A DNA stretch of 64,000 nt. Origin: the human T2T-CHM13v2.0 reference genome, Homo sapiens. This document shows, one piece after another, positions 29,301 to 42,967 of this stretch. Location: assembly GCF_009914755.1 (NCBI RefSeq), contig NC_060925.1. One strand, written 5' to 3'. The notes under the pieces were generated by a model, which was not told the DNA's origin, ran no database searches, and was given only the letters and a program-made list of their open reading frames with translations. The translations under genes were made by a program, and so were the position numbers. Every line of letters begins with the position of its first letter. Positions within the stretch are counted from its first letter, which is position 1.

Positions 29301-30919
29301 GTCTTAGAGGATACCAGAGGCATACAACACCCAAGATGGGGGGATGATGGATCTGGGGAGTCCTTAGCTTCCCAGATTATATGTAGGTCAATGCCTGGCA
29401 CCTGCTTGAAGGGGAGCTCCCTGTAACTGGGTCTGGAGTCCAGTCATATGGATTCTGGGCTTGGTGACTACTTCTAGTGCAGACACACTGTTTAGTCCCT
29501 TTGGCTACAGCCCCAGTTTTCAGCCCCCTAAGGGCCTCGGCTAGGAGTGTACTCTTTAACTGAGAAGGTTTCTTTTCATTAAATGGGACAGGCCTTTCAG
29601 GACAAGCTCTGATGTTCAAATCTTGATAAGGAGAAGCCTTATCAATAAGCCTGAATTGAGTGGTAGCTTTGGAGTCAGACCAATGGCTTCATTCCTCTGA
29701 GCCTCCTTTTCTGTATGCAAGATGGGAAGCATAAGGTTCCTACTCCACAGGGCTAGCATGAAGATTAAATATGATAATATATGTAAATGCTGAGCACACC
29801 TGGCAATTAGCTCCTTCTCAATATAAAAGCTAAGGTTTTTATATTGTTTTATCAAACAGCAAAGTATATAGTCTAAGAGCTTCTCTGGAAAGAGACTATG
29901 TGTTATTCAAGTTTGAACCCTAGAACTAAGCACAAGGCTGGCATAATAGTAGGCACTCAATGAATGTTTATTATATTTAATCCAATCCTATTGAATTGAA
30001 GACAAAGGGAATGATACCATCTGTAATGAGAGGCATTTCAGGCAGTCTGATAGGTAGTGAGGGAGGGATGTGGGGGCAGTAGGGCTTTATGGAAGCCTTC
30101 ATGAGACCATAAAGGGCCTTCACAGAATGCAGGCTGTGTTCTCCAGGAGAGAGGCTGGGAGGGGTGTCAGTCCGCGGGAAGGCAGAAGCTCAAGAGCATC
30201 CGTGCCTGAGTTGGTGGAGTCTGTGGGTACAGATTCTGTGTGTTCCCCAGTCGAGCAAGCCCTCCTGCCAAGCAGGGCCAGGACATGCCATGGGCAGGGG
30301 ACCCCACAACCCCATTGGAGCCCCGTGGCCCTCCGTGCAGAAGCTGGCACCTGGCACTGGCGGCTGGTGCTGGTGTGGGAGGCTGGGCCCTGCCGCCTAT
30401 GGAAGGCCCAAGGGCATCTCCTCACTGCTCGGCAGGTGCCAGCCTGCTCCCTGCTGGAATCCTTGCCTTCCCAGGCAGGCTCTCGGTCAGGGCCGTTGGT
30501 CCCTCCAGGCAATCAACGGCTCCCACGTGGAATATTTTCCCCACAGAATAACCATTTCCATAGTGGCTGCTTTTTTTTTTTTTAACTTTTAATATCCTCC
30601 CCCTTCCACCCTCCATTCTGTACTCCAACCAGAGACTGAGATGTCCCCCTCCCCACCCACATCTTTTCTCTATTCTCTCCCTTCCTGTGTTCAACTGAAA
30701 GTCAGCTATGTAGCCAAGTAGGGGTGGGGGGTTCAGAGATGAAAACCAGCCCTGGGGTCGGCCAGGAGCAAACAATCAGTAATCCTGTGTCAAATGAACT
30801 GTCTTTGTCCTCAAGGTATCTCACCTCCCAGCCTCTTTCTTCCTCTCAAACGCAGAGTTAGGAAATGAGAACAGGAGCAGGCCTAGCCCACAGCTTTTGA
30901 GGATTTTTTAGTTTGGGAG

Positions 30920-31370
30920 CAGAGCCGACCTCATGGGCCTGCGACCTGTGTGGTTGCCAGGGCCCTGATAGCAGAAGGGGCCTGTACCTGGTTTAGTGTT
31001 CTATTGCCATCTTGAAGTTTTTTGTTTGTTTGTTTTGGAAATAGGGTCTCACTTTGTTGCCCAGGCTGGAGTGAAGTGGTGTGAACACAGCTCACTGCAG
31101 CCTCGACTTCTGGGATCAAAAGATCCTCCTGCCGCAGCCTCCTGAGTAGCTGGGACTACTGGAGCGTGCCACCATGCCTGGCTAACTTTTAAATTTTTTT
31201 CTAGAGAGGGTGTCTTGCTATTTTGTCCAGGCTGGTCTCAAACTCCTGAGCTCAAGCAATCCTCCCGCCTGAGCCTCCCAAAGTGCTGGGATTATAGACA
31301 TGAGCCACTGTGCCCAGCTGAGATTCTTGGTAAACACAGGCTTTTCATCCCCATTATGTAGCCACTCCTA
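30920..31370. mobile_element. MER91-like DNA transposon interrupted by an antisense AluJ (31018-31319)
   Basis: cagagccgacctcatgggcctgcgacctgtg...gccatcttgaa, then the Alu, then attctt...attatgtagcc. Confidence 0.7.
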
Positions 31371-32316
31371 TTCAGGAGGGTCTTAGTGATGGGCAGCTTC
31401 AAGGAGAGAGGGAGGCAACCAGGCTGGTGTGGGAGTTTGGGCAGAGAAGCCCACTAAATTCAGCAACCTGAGTTTGTAAGTCACTGGAAGAAAGCTGGCT
31501 AGGGGCTCCCCTTCTCTGAGCTTTCAGCATCTGAAACAGAACCTTTGCCCTCCTTTCCTACTCTGCAAAACCCTGATAGGCTGGGGAGGGAAAGGGATAC
31601 TTCAGGTACTAGGACTGGCTGGAGATACTTTCTTAGGATGAGACCATGTCATGGAAGAGACTCTGGAGGCATCATCTTCCTCTTCTTGGATGAGAAGTGG
31701 AATTCCTCTCTGGATGTGCCCCAGCCCTGTGGAGCCTACTTCATTCAGGCCCACCTTTCCTCATGAATTCTGGGTTTCAGTCTCTCTCTGCTCCTAAAGC
31801 CCTCTGTCCTACCATTGCCATGTCTTCTCATGTAATGTGGCTCAGAGCTAGGGAGGGGACCCAAGTCGTGGCTGACCTGAATGGAACAGAAGAGGAGGAC
31901 ACCTGCCCTCTTTCCCTTGCTTTCCTCGCCTCCCTTAGGGCACACTGACCTTTGAATTTAAAGTCAGCCTGCACTCAGGGAGCGGGTACTATGGCAAAGC
32001 CCTGAGCATGGAGCTTTGCACGAGTGATTGCTTTTAAATGAATATTTGATGACATCCATGGGTCAGCTAGAGGCCCACTCAGACCCCTGAATCTGTCCCC
32101 TTTATCTTGTATTTGACTAAGATCTGGTAGGATATAAGATGGATTAGAGAAATAAATCCCAGAAAGGGTCCACTAGATTGATTTAGTCCTCTGTGGGCTG
32201 TAAGGGCCCCTGGTTTCCAAATAGAGATATGCTTCTTGCATATCCATATCTTACACAAAGAACTGTGAGTCTCTCTGTCATTCCTTCGCTTTTGGGGAAC
32301 TAGACTGGTAGAGTGA

Positions 32317-32652
<336 letters not shown>

Positions 32653-33589
32653 GCGAAGCTCTGAGTTTGAGTCCCAGCCCTACCACTGCCTTTGGGCATT
32701 TCTCTTTATCTCTCTGGGCTTCAGGCTCCTCATATGAGACGAGTGAGGCTGGAAGGTTCCTTCAGGCTCTGACACAGTGTGATTCTTAGTGTACGCTATT
32801 GTCCTGGGTCGCTGTCAGTGGGTCACTTCTTGCTGTCTAACCTAAAGCTCTTCTGCTACGCTTGCTCCCTGTTAGGTCCTCATCTCATTTCAGTCAATTC
32901 AGACCAGGACCCTATGTCCCCATCTCCCTGGGATGTCCTATGACCTGGCGACTTTCACACCACATGCCCCTTGGGACTTGGAGGGAAGGGTCCCCTTCCT
33001 TCCCTCCCTGCTTCAGCCTCAGCCCTTAGCTGGGGGAGTATGAGAAGCAGTTTGGCCCTCGACAGGTTAAGCTGTTTCCCCAGAGCCTAAGCAAGCCCGA
33101 ACTGGCCTGTGAGGTCCCTGCTAATCTGCCCCATTACTGCAGGTAAGAATTATAATCAGAAATCACTTGAGGGGCCAGGTCCACGTGGGAGAACGAGAGG
33201 CGCTGCTGGGGGTTGTTGATTCTGTTCCAGAGCTTAATTGGTATAATTGCTCTCTTCAGCCTGCCAAGCCAGAGTCCATCAGGATTGGCTCTCCCACCCT
33301 CTACGGGGAGCTGCTTAAAAAGGTCTTTTAGTCCCAAGTGGAGGATTCTGCTGGCGGCTCGGAGACTCCTTCAGCAATCCAATACCCCTTTCCTGGCTGC
33401 CAGATGGCAGGGGAGCCTAGGACCCCCCTACCCTAGAGGACTAGAGATCCCAGGGGAGCCTGAACCCTGACTTGAAAGGGTGGGGGAATTCTCCAGAGAG
33501 CACCTTATCCTACCGGGAGCTGGGTGGGGAGATAGTAAGAGGGGTTGCTCTATAGCCAGGTGTCGACCCTTAGGTGTTCCCAAGAGTCA

Positions 33590-33943
<354 letters not shown>

Positions 33944-34196
33944 AGAGAGAGGGGAGAGAGGAGAAAGTTTAATAGAAGCCAATACTGCGCCTGTCTCCTG
34001 CTGCCTCCTCCACTCCCCTCTGTGCTTCGTGGAGTCTCCCTCTAAGGGGGTGTTTGTCCTCACTGTCTCTGGGGTGGGCAAGTCATCAAACCATACAGCT
34101 GAGGAAAGCAACACAAAAGGTTAAAGGAGGGTATTTGTGGCTACATCTGTGTGATGGCAAAGCCCACACCTTCCACATCACAGGAGCCCCCTGGGT

Positions 34197-34390
34197 CAGA
34201 GCTGCCAGATAAAATACAAATGTTGCATGGGACTTATTCAAACTTATACTTGCTTATCTGAAATTCAGATTTAACTGGGCATTGTCCCAAATATTACACA
34301 GGACATATTTATGCTAAAATTATTATTTATCTGAAATTCAAATTTAAATGGGTAGCATGTTGTTTTATTTGCTATATCTGGCAGTGCTAC
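34197..34390. mobile_element. MER53-like hAT MITE, internally rearranged
   Basis: Terminal inverted repeat tgccagata...tatctggca; internal ttatctgaaattca(a/g)atttaa(c/a)tggg occurs twice. Confidence 0.7.
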
Positions 34391-35428
34391 CCTGGGTCCA
34401 TGCCCCACCCCCAAGCCCACCTGGCCTGAGTGTAAACGCCCCGTCTCTCTGCTCATCCCAAACACAAACACAGTCCTGGCCGATTTCTTCCATGTGCTCA
34501 TTCCACCTTCTTCATTTGCCAGTTTTCTTCCTTTTCTCCTTTGGTGTGTCCCAGTTCCCAAGTACCAGGAGCAGGGCAGCAAACACCTCCCCTCTCCAGC
34601 CCTCAGCTGCTCTACCATGCCACTTAGGATATCATGAGCCAGGACAGAAGATAGTTTCTCTCTGACAGAGCGGAAAGAGGCCTGGAGGCTCAGCCCATCC
34701 AGCCCTTCCCTAAGAGGCTGAGAAAGTAAGGCCCTGTTTTAAGCCAGTGCCATGCTCGGCCCAGCCTGGCAAAAGGGCCCTTCCCAAGCTCTCCTGCCTA
34801 TGGGTTACACAAAATGCAGGAGATGGACTAACCAGGACTGTAGGTTACATGTGTGAGCGTGCACATGCATGTGGCCAGCAAACGTGTGTACTCACACATA
34901 CGCACATACATAGCAAAGGCCACTTCCAAGTGCCCCCTGAGCTCACAGAATAAGTTTTCCCCTTGCCCTGCCCTGACCCACTTCCTGCCTGCCTCCTAGC
35001 ACCTCCTTATGGTACATGGCCATCTTCTCAGCTCAGCCACAATCTCTGCCCTGGTGTCCCACCTGGGCAGGACACCTAGGTGAACAGGTGAGCAGGTTCT
35101 TAACCTCCCATCATGCACCTCAGTGCCAACACAACACAATGGTGAGGCACATGAATTTTGACGTTAGACAACTTGGGTTCAGATTTAAGCCCTGCAGCTT
35201 ACTAGTTGTGGGGCCTTGGGGGGCTTAATCTCTCTGTAAAATGGGGCTAATCAGAGCTACCTCAATGGCATTTTTGAGAAGATACAGGACACGGTACCTG
35301 GTATTGTATACCTGGCATATGACAAGGACTCAATAAATGGAGACAGTGATTATTATTGGTGTCATGGTTGTCACTGTAGGGATGTTCTCTGCCCTGAGCT
35401 TCAGAGAAGGAGGTACTGCCCCTCTTAG

Positions 35429-35870
<442 letters not shown>

Positions 35871-36916
35871 ATCAATTTGACCTCTTAAGGATATCCAAAA
35901 TCTCTGTTCCCTTCCCCCATCCACACTGGACCTGCATTCTCTTCCCTCAAGGCCCTCATTCATGACACCCCTTTCCATCTCTCCTTGTTGAAATCCTATC
36001 CTACCTTAAGAAGGCCATCTCAAATGTGACTTCTTCCGTGTGGTCCTAAGCAGGACTCAGGGCTTAGGTATCTGTCTGTGGTCTCTGGAAAATCTGGGAC
36101 TAAGATGCTGCTCCCATGGAAAGGGCCTTTCCAGGGTTAGGAGGAGAGTCTGGGCATCTGCTGGGTGGGCATCTGCAGACGGGGGAAAGCGGGAGGTGAG
36201 AGCCCTCACCACAATAGAATGGGGTGTCAAAGCAGGACAGCCAGGATCCTCGACCATCCCTGGTAAGGGGGGCTGTCCAGGTCTCCTCTAGCTTACTGGT
36301 GTGCTTGGTCAGGCCATCAGTTTGAGGCTTGGAAGCAGAGGATTCAGAGGGCATGTATTCACTCATTTATTTATTGCCCATTTATTTAAAAACATTGAGT
36401 GCCATCTGCAAACTAGGCATTGCGCTGGGTGCTGCGAGCTCACAGCTGAATGTAGTGCCTGCTCTGGTCATATATGCAGGAGGTTGAGGTAGAGCCCTCA
36501 TCTCTTGGAGTAATTTATGATCAAATCTAAGAACGAGGGCTCCCAGGACCAGCTGAGCACTAACCACAGCAGGAAATGGCTTTCTACATCCTCATTCAGT
36601 CTTCCTCTCTTCTCCAGCAATCCAAGGTTGTTAGATTGGAGCATCAGATCTGGAAAACCTAGCTCAGTGCTTTAGAAACATTAACGTGCTGATGAATCAA
36701 TGAATCACCTGGGAGTCAGGTTAAAATCCAGGTTCTGATTTAGTAAGTCTGGGGTGGGGCCTAAGATTCTGCATTTCTAACAAGCTTCCAGGTGATGCTG
36801 GGGCTGATGGTCCATGGGAGTCCACATTAACACAAAGCTCCCCAGGGTGGTTCAGCCACAGACCATCAAGGGTGTGACGGCCACCACTGGAGAACCATGT
36901 CCAAGGTGACAAGCCT

Positions 36917-36932
36917 TGCCAGCAGAGGGCAC
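36917..36932 (+). promoter_or_regulatory. Candidate CTCF site
   Basis: TGCCAGCAGAGGGCAC contains a full match to the CCASYAGRKGGCRS core. Confidence 0.45.
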
Positions 36933-38132
36933 TCACTGAAGGGCTTTTGGTCCCATCATGTCAAGTTTGATGTGGGTGGGAAGTCTTTCCTAACTACAGC
37001 TTTTGAAGAGTGTCCTGGTGAATGTGCTTTCACACCCAAGACTGCAGTGTTGGCCTATCCACCCATGGCCCCCTTGCTGGTGAACTAGGGAGTGTTTCCC
37101 AGTGGTGCTTGAGGGCTTCACAGAGAGAGCACTGATGAGATGCTCAGGGAAAAGACAGAAGCACTGCTGGACCTTCTACAAGGGGGCTTGTGCTGTTGGG
37201 ATGAAAGAATATCACCCCATCCCACCCTACTGATCATATCACTTCTCCTTTGGGTTCAGGATTATGGAGCTGTAGGGCCTTTGTGGGTAAGGCTGGGGTT
37301 TCCATGGCTTAAATGCCATATGGCTATGTGGGAGGACCATGGCTCAGGGCTAAGCCTCGCTTCAAGATAGGAAAGTCCAGCAATAGATCCATGGTACAGG
37401 TCAGTTTGTCTGGTCCCTGTGAGACCATCTGCTTAGGGCAATAGGGGTTCAGCCCAAGTCCCAACCTGGGGCTCAGAGACAGTAGCATGTTGATAAAGGC
37501 TGTCGTGGTCTGGGCACATGTGTAAAAAGCTAAGGTTGAAAAATCTCCTTGTTTTGCTGGGCTGCTAAGATCTTCTAGGGCTCCCATAAGTAATCCTCAT
37601 ATCACCCTAGAATCTCTGGTTATGCACAAGCAGGATCACCCACCATCTGTTCACCTGTTCTGAGAGGCAGCTAATCAAGAACTTCAACTGTGGCATGCAG
37701 GGGCCTCCTAGAGGTCATCAACTGAGCAAGAAGCCCCAGGACTTTAGCAGGAGCCCCTTGCCCCCTGGGCCCTTGAAGGGACAAGGAACAGGTGGTGCTA
37801 GGGATGGGTGACAGGGAAGGGCTTACCCTTTTGGGGAGGCATTTTTCTTTGGTTCGGTTCAGAGGGAGGACATTTCCCTCTGCCAATGCTGAGAACATCT
37901 CCATTATATGGTCTTGGACTATCATAGAACAGTTAGCAAGGTCGAGGTCACACTCAGAGAGCAAGGGTAATATGGCATAGATTTGGAAGCCCGGGAGTAT
38001 GGATGTGAAGGGAAATACTGGCTATCCACAAACAGGCTATGGGTTCAGCCTTGGGTCTGAGAGGAAGAGGTGGGGTCATTCATAGAAACATATGGTGTAG
38101 AGGATCAAGAAGGATCAAGAACTGTGGGTTGG

Positions 38133-38227
38133 TGGGAGGTGGAGGTTGCAGTGAGCCAAGATTGTGCCACTGCACTTCAGCCTGGGCAACAGAGCGAGAC
38201 TCTGTCTCCCAACAACAACAAAAAAAG
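38133..38227 (+). mobile_element. Severely 5'-truncated Alu with TSD
   Basis: Only the last ~80 nt of an Alu; TSD aagaact(g/a)tgggttgg at 38117-38132 and 38225-38240. Confidence 0.88.
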
Positions 38228-38420
38228 AACTATGGGTTGGAATGGAGCCAAATATGGGAACTCGAAGAGGCGGGATACAGGATACATGGTGGCCAAGTCA
38301 CAACTTTAGTCCCAGGGAGCCTCAAAGGCCCTGTTGAGGGCCTGGCTGGCCCAGTCTAGCCCCAAAGCTTGGTCTGCATCTTGCCCTGGATTGACCCCTC
38401 TCCATCCTCTCTTCCACCAG

Positions 38421-38636
38421 GCGCCTAGATGCCAACCTCATCTCCCTGGTCCCGGAGAGGAGCTTTGAGGGGCTGTCCTCCCTCCGCCACCTCTGGCTGG
38501 ACGACAATGCACTCACGGAGATCCCTGTCAGGGCCCTCAACAACCTCCCTGCCCTGCAGGCCATGACCCTGGCCCTCAACCGCATCAGCCACATCCCCGA
38601 CTACGCGTTCCAGAATCTCACCAGCCTTGTGGTGCT
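38421..38636 (+). CDS. LGR6: LGR6 internal coding exon (probably exon 5), 216 nt = three 24-aa leucine-rich repeats
   Basis: Acceptor ctctcttccaccAG|G, donor CT|GTGAGT. Translates to (L)[71 protein letters not shown](L), which I recognise as the LGR6 ectodomain. Phase 2 at both ends; contains an NLT glycosylation sequon. Exon number is from recalled gene structure. Confidence 0.97.
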
Positions 38637-41600
38637 GTGAGTGCTGCTCTGTTCCCCATCCCCAGTGGGGTCCTGCTGGGGGCTGGGGGCTGCATGTTTA
38701 CTTGAGTTGGATTGGAGCCTGGCTAGCTTTGCTCTTCTTTGCATGTTGCTAAACCTTCTGGCCTCCCTTTGGAAAAGCATGAGGATGACCATTCCCTGTT
38801 GATCCCATAGGGTTATCATGAGGTCAAATGACATGAGAGCTTGAAAAGTGCTCTGAGAGTCACTAAAGGGCCAGGGTACTATAATCAGAAAATAGGAATT
38901 AAGCCATTATTTTCTTGCCATGCACATATAATAACTATACCTTGATAACTGGAATATAAATCAAGAATTTCTTAAGTAATTTCTACCATATTTGACAATT
39001 AGATGATGCAGTCATATGCTTTGGCACAGGGATGGGATAAATTCATCTCATTTCCCAGGCCTTAAGAAGCAGAGAAAAGTCATCACTTATAATTAGACAG
39101 CAAAGCCCCATCACTGTAATTACCTGGGAGATAGCATCCCTGGCAGGAATTGGGGACTGGGGTTAACTCTGCCTCCCCAGTGGGAACTTTAGAGGGCAAA
39201 TTAGCTCCCAGCTAATTGCTATGAATGATTGGTAAGTTCATAGGGTAATTACTAAAAGGGCTTGGAGGTCATGTATAATTGCTTTGGGTTACACACTAAT
39301 TGCTGCAGGAACATGGCTTAGGAACATGCATGTTAGTGACTCTACTGGATGGTAACATTGCCCCCACGCCCCCCGCTTTTGAAGATCTGGCGTGATTTTC
39401 TAAACCAGGGAATGGATGATACCTAGTTCCATTTGAGAGATGAAAAGGCAGGCACCAATTTGTTTGTCTAATTCTCTGTCCTGGGAAGCTGGAGAACCAA
39501 GGTCAATATCCTTGTGGACTATATTCTTCTGTCAGGGTGCCATACCCTCCCTTCTTCTGGGAGTCACGGGGCAGGGTGGGGGGGTATTTAGAGAGGGTAA
39601 ACAGAACAAGGTGATTGGTTCTAACTTTGGTGACATCCCTGTGACATTGTGAGAGGGTGGGGTCAGGCCTCTGTGAGGGATAAGATTACTGGAGAAATAA
39701 GAACTTCATGGTTGGCCCCAGGTGGATAAGAAGGAGCAGGCATTTATTGAGCCCCCATGTGGTGTACTGAAAACTCAAAAAACTGTGAGATATAGCCACT
39801 GCCCTTGAGGGGCCTTCAGTCCAATTGAAAGAGCAGAATAAATATGGGAAAAAAATAACAAATGATGTAGTGAAACTTATGCTAACACAGCCAGATGATA
39901 AATTCAGACTCATAGCAGCATAGATATGGTGGGAAGGCTGAGGTGGAGGGGAAGGAGGCTTCCTGGGGGAGGTGGGGTGGGACCTGGGCCTGGAAAGATG
40001 ATGAAATGAAGAGAATGGGGACATTCCAAGCAGATAGCAATAAAGACATGGAGGGGAGAGTAAGCGTGTTTGGCTGCCAGTGACCAGGCCAGTGTGGCTG
40101 GAGCAGAGGGTCCCCATGCAGAGCTCAGGAGAAGAAGCTGGAAAGGTGCATGTCGGGACTTTCAACGTCAGAACAGAGAGCTTGGCTTCTCTCTGCTCGT
40201 GTGGGAGGGAAGCTTGAAGGTTTTCAGGCAAGGGTTAAAAGGGAGTATTTTAGGAAGATTAATTTGAAGGCTGGATTGGAACCGAGGCAGACTGGAGACA
40301 GGAAGGTCAGTTCAGAGGTTCTTGGTATCAAAGTCCAGTAGTTTAAGGAGGTGGCAGAAGGGATGGAAGGGAAGGCATGACTGTGAGGGCTGTTTTGAAG
40401 GAAGAATTGACCTGATTGAGAGATTTTCAGAGGGTAGAAGACCAAGAAGAAGGGGAGTCATGGGTGACTCCAAGGTTTGGGTGGGAGCCAAGGAATTGGC
40501 CTATAAGTCAGGCCTGTTATAGATCTAGGAGAGATTGAGGGGAAGGCCCACTGAGGACAAGGAGGGACAAGGGACTAAGGAAAGAAAACCTACTGGTGCG
40601 GGATCAAAGCTGATAGAGAAAAACTGGTCCCTTTGCATGGGGAGAGGTTAGAAACATTACCCCTTCATCCCTCACCTGCCTCCAACTCATGGGATGGAGG
40701 AGAGAGGCTTCTAGCAGGAGGTGACCTGTGAAGTGGACAGGAGGCTGGGGAATGCTGTCCAGGGACTACAGGATGAGCTGTAGGAAGGCCCAAGAGGAAG
40801 GTAAGGAAGACTGGATATGATGGGAAGCAAAAAAGATATTTGGTTAAAATCAAGGGTTGTACAGGGGCCTGGCTGGAGGTGTGAGCAGGCAAGCAGGGTG
40901 GAGGAGAAGGGGCTTCTCTTCAACCCCAACCCTGAGCTTTCATCATCGGGCTGCTCTGCCACATGTGGAATCTCCCTCACCACTGCTCTGGCACCAACAG
41001 GACCCTTAGGTAGCACGTAGCTGGACAGCAGTGGTGTCATGTGTGTAATCTTGTCTCTTTATCTGGACTATATACCTCAACACCTCTCCCAGACTGGACC
41101 ATTTGGGGTGCCCAAGACACCAGGGTTGAATGAGTGGTTTAGGGGAGGGAATTGGAGGCCTGGAGCTGGATGTTTAGCTGAGATGGCCTGGACCTGAGAT
41201 ACTGGGGGAGGCAGAAGGGGGTGGAAAATGGAGACAGGAGTTCAACAGCAGGTAAGAGGAATGATAGAGTTTGATGACAATTGGTTTATAGGTGTGAAGG
41301 AAATGGGAAAAATTAAAACTCCTCAGTAAGGGGAGATCACTCCCAGAAGGCAGTGTTTTCCCCTTTGGATCAGAAGCTCCCTGGGGACAGGAGTCTGTCT
41401 CCTGAAACGGAACTTCATGGAGCAGGTGGGTAAGGATGGGGAAGACAGACAGAAGCTTTAAATCCCCAGGCTCGCAGGAGTCCCGTCCTTACCCATCTAT
41501 GTTGGGTGAGGCCTGCCCATTGCCTTTATATTTGAACAACGTCTTGGAGGCCAGCCTGATTTTCTTCCCCTTGTCAGTGATTTCCTTCTTCTGCCTGAAG

Positions 41601-42895
41601 ATGTTTTTAAATTCTTGAATTTAATAGTTTAACTAGGATATGTCACAGTATGGAATAGTCAGCATCTAATTATCCTGGAACAATGTATGCTTTTGAGCTG
41701 CAGCTTCCATTCTTTCATCATCTTAGAGATTTCTTTTGTGTTATGTCTTTGAATACATCTTCAGTCTCATTTTTGGATTCTCTGCTCCAGAAACATCAAT
41801 TATGTTTGTGTTAAATCACCTTTATGTCTTCAGCATTTAGTTTTTGTTTTAACATTTTTGTCTCATTCAACCATAGTCACCATGATTATCTCAGGTTTTC
41901 TCTCCGACACCAATTCAATTTTTAGCAGTGTCTGCACTGTCCCTTGTTTTAAATTTATTGACTCATTTTTTCAAGTGATGTAGTGTTGGTCCTCAACTTA
42001 TTTCCTTAATCTACTGTGTCATTTTTCCTTTCACTTAAGAACATTCATCTTTGAAATGTTGTTTTATTGGATTGTTTTGTAGCAGAAGGCTACTGTGATA
42101 AATTTCCTTGTGTTCCTGGTTCATTAGTCATCTTTTCTTCTAGGCTTAAAACTTTGCCTGTCTTTTGCATCCTCTTTCTTCTGGCTTTCTGTTTCCCTGT
42201 TGTATGTTTTCATAATTTCCATGTAATGTTGTTTTTTTCCGGCTTATGCTTGGATAGCTCTGTCCAGTTGTTCAAGCTGCATCACTTCGGGTCCCCCTTT
42301 GCCTGGAATGCCCTTCCTTCTGCTTGTTCAGTTCACCTGTCCTTCAAGGCCCTGCTCTGGATCACCACCTCTATAAAGCCTGCCTCGATTCCTCTGGCCT
42401 CACCAATCTGCCTGTTCTCTGAGTGTGTCTGTAGCTCTCTCCAGTTGTAACAGAAAGCTTCGCCTTTAATTATATGTTGACTGCAGTGGTTTGCTGTTGG
42501 CTCCCATAAGTACGTCTGGCCACTGAGTCAGGCAGACTGGGTCCTGGGGAGCCCAGCCATAGAAGAAGCCTCAGACTTGAGCCCCTCTGACATCAGACCT
42601 GTCTTCTAGAGCTTAGGGGGAACTTGCTTTAGCCTTGGCCTGAGGCTCTCCTCTCCCTTTTTCCTTTAATAGGAAATCAATATGGGGTAGCCTGTGGTCA
42701 ATCCAGCCTTGGAGATTGTGGCTTCAGAAGTCAGTCTTGGCCAGTCAGTTTGTTCCTGGAAACAAACGGATGGACCATTAGGGTCATTCTGTCCATGCTT
42801 CTGCCTACACTTTCCCCATGCCACCATGTGCTCTTCCATCCCCTGGCCCCAGTGCCGTGGGCACCCATTCTGATGCGTCTTTCCTTCCCGTGCAG

Positions 42896-42967
42896 GCATT
42901 TGCATAACAACCGCATCCAGCATCTGGGGACCCACAGCTTCGAGGGGCTGCACAATCTGGAGACACT
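42896..42967 (+). CDS. LGR6: LGR6 internal coding exon (probably exon 6), 72 nt, one LRR
   Basis: Acceptor tttccttcccgtgcAG|G, donor CT|GTGAGT. Encodes [23 protein letters not shown](L), visible at the end of ORF 42750..42971. Confidence 0.97.

Noticed and set aside
38322-38594. 90-aa minus-strand ORF
   Set aside because: It is the antisense shadow of the LGR6 exon.
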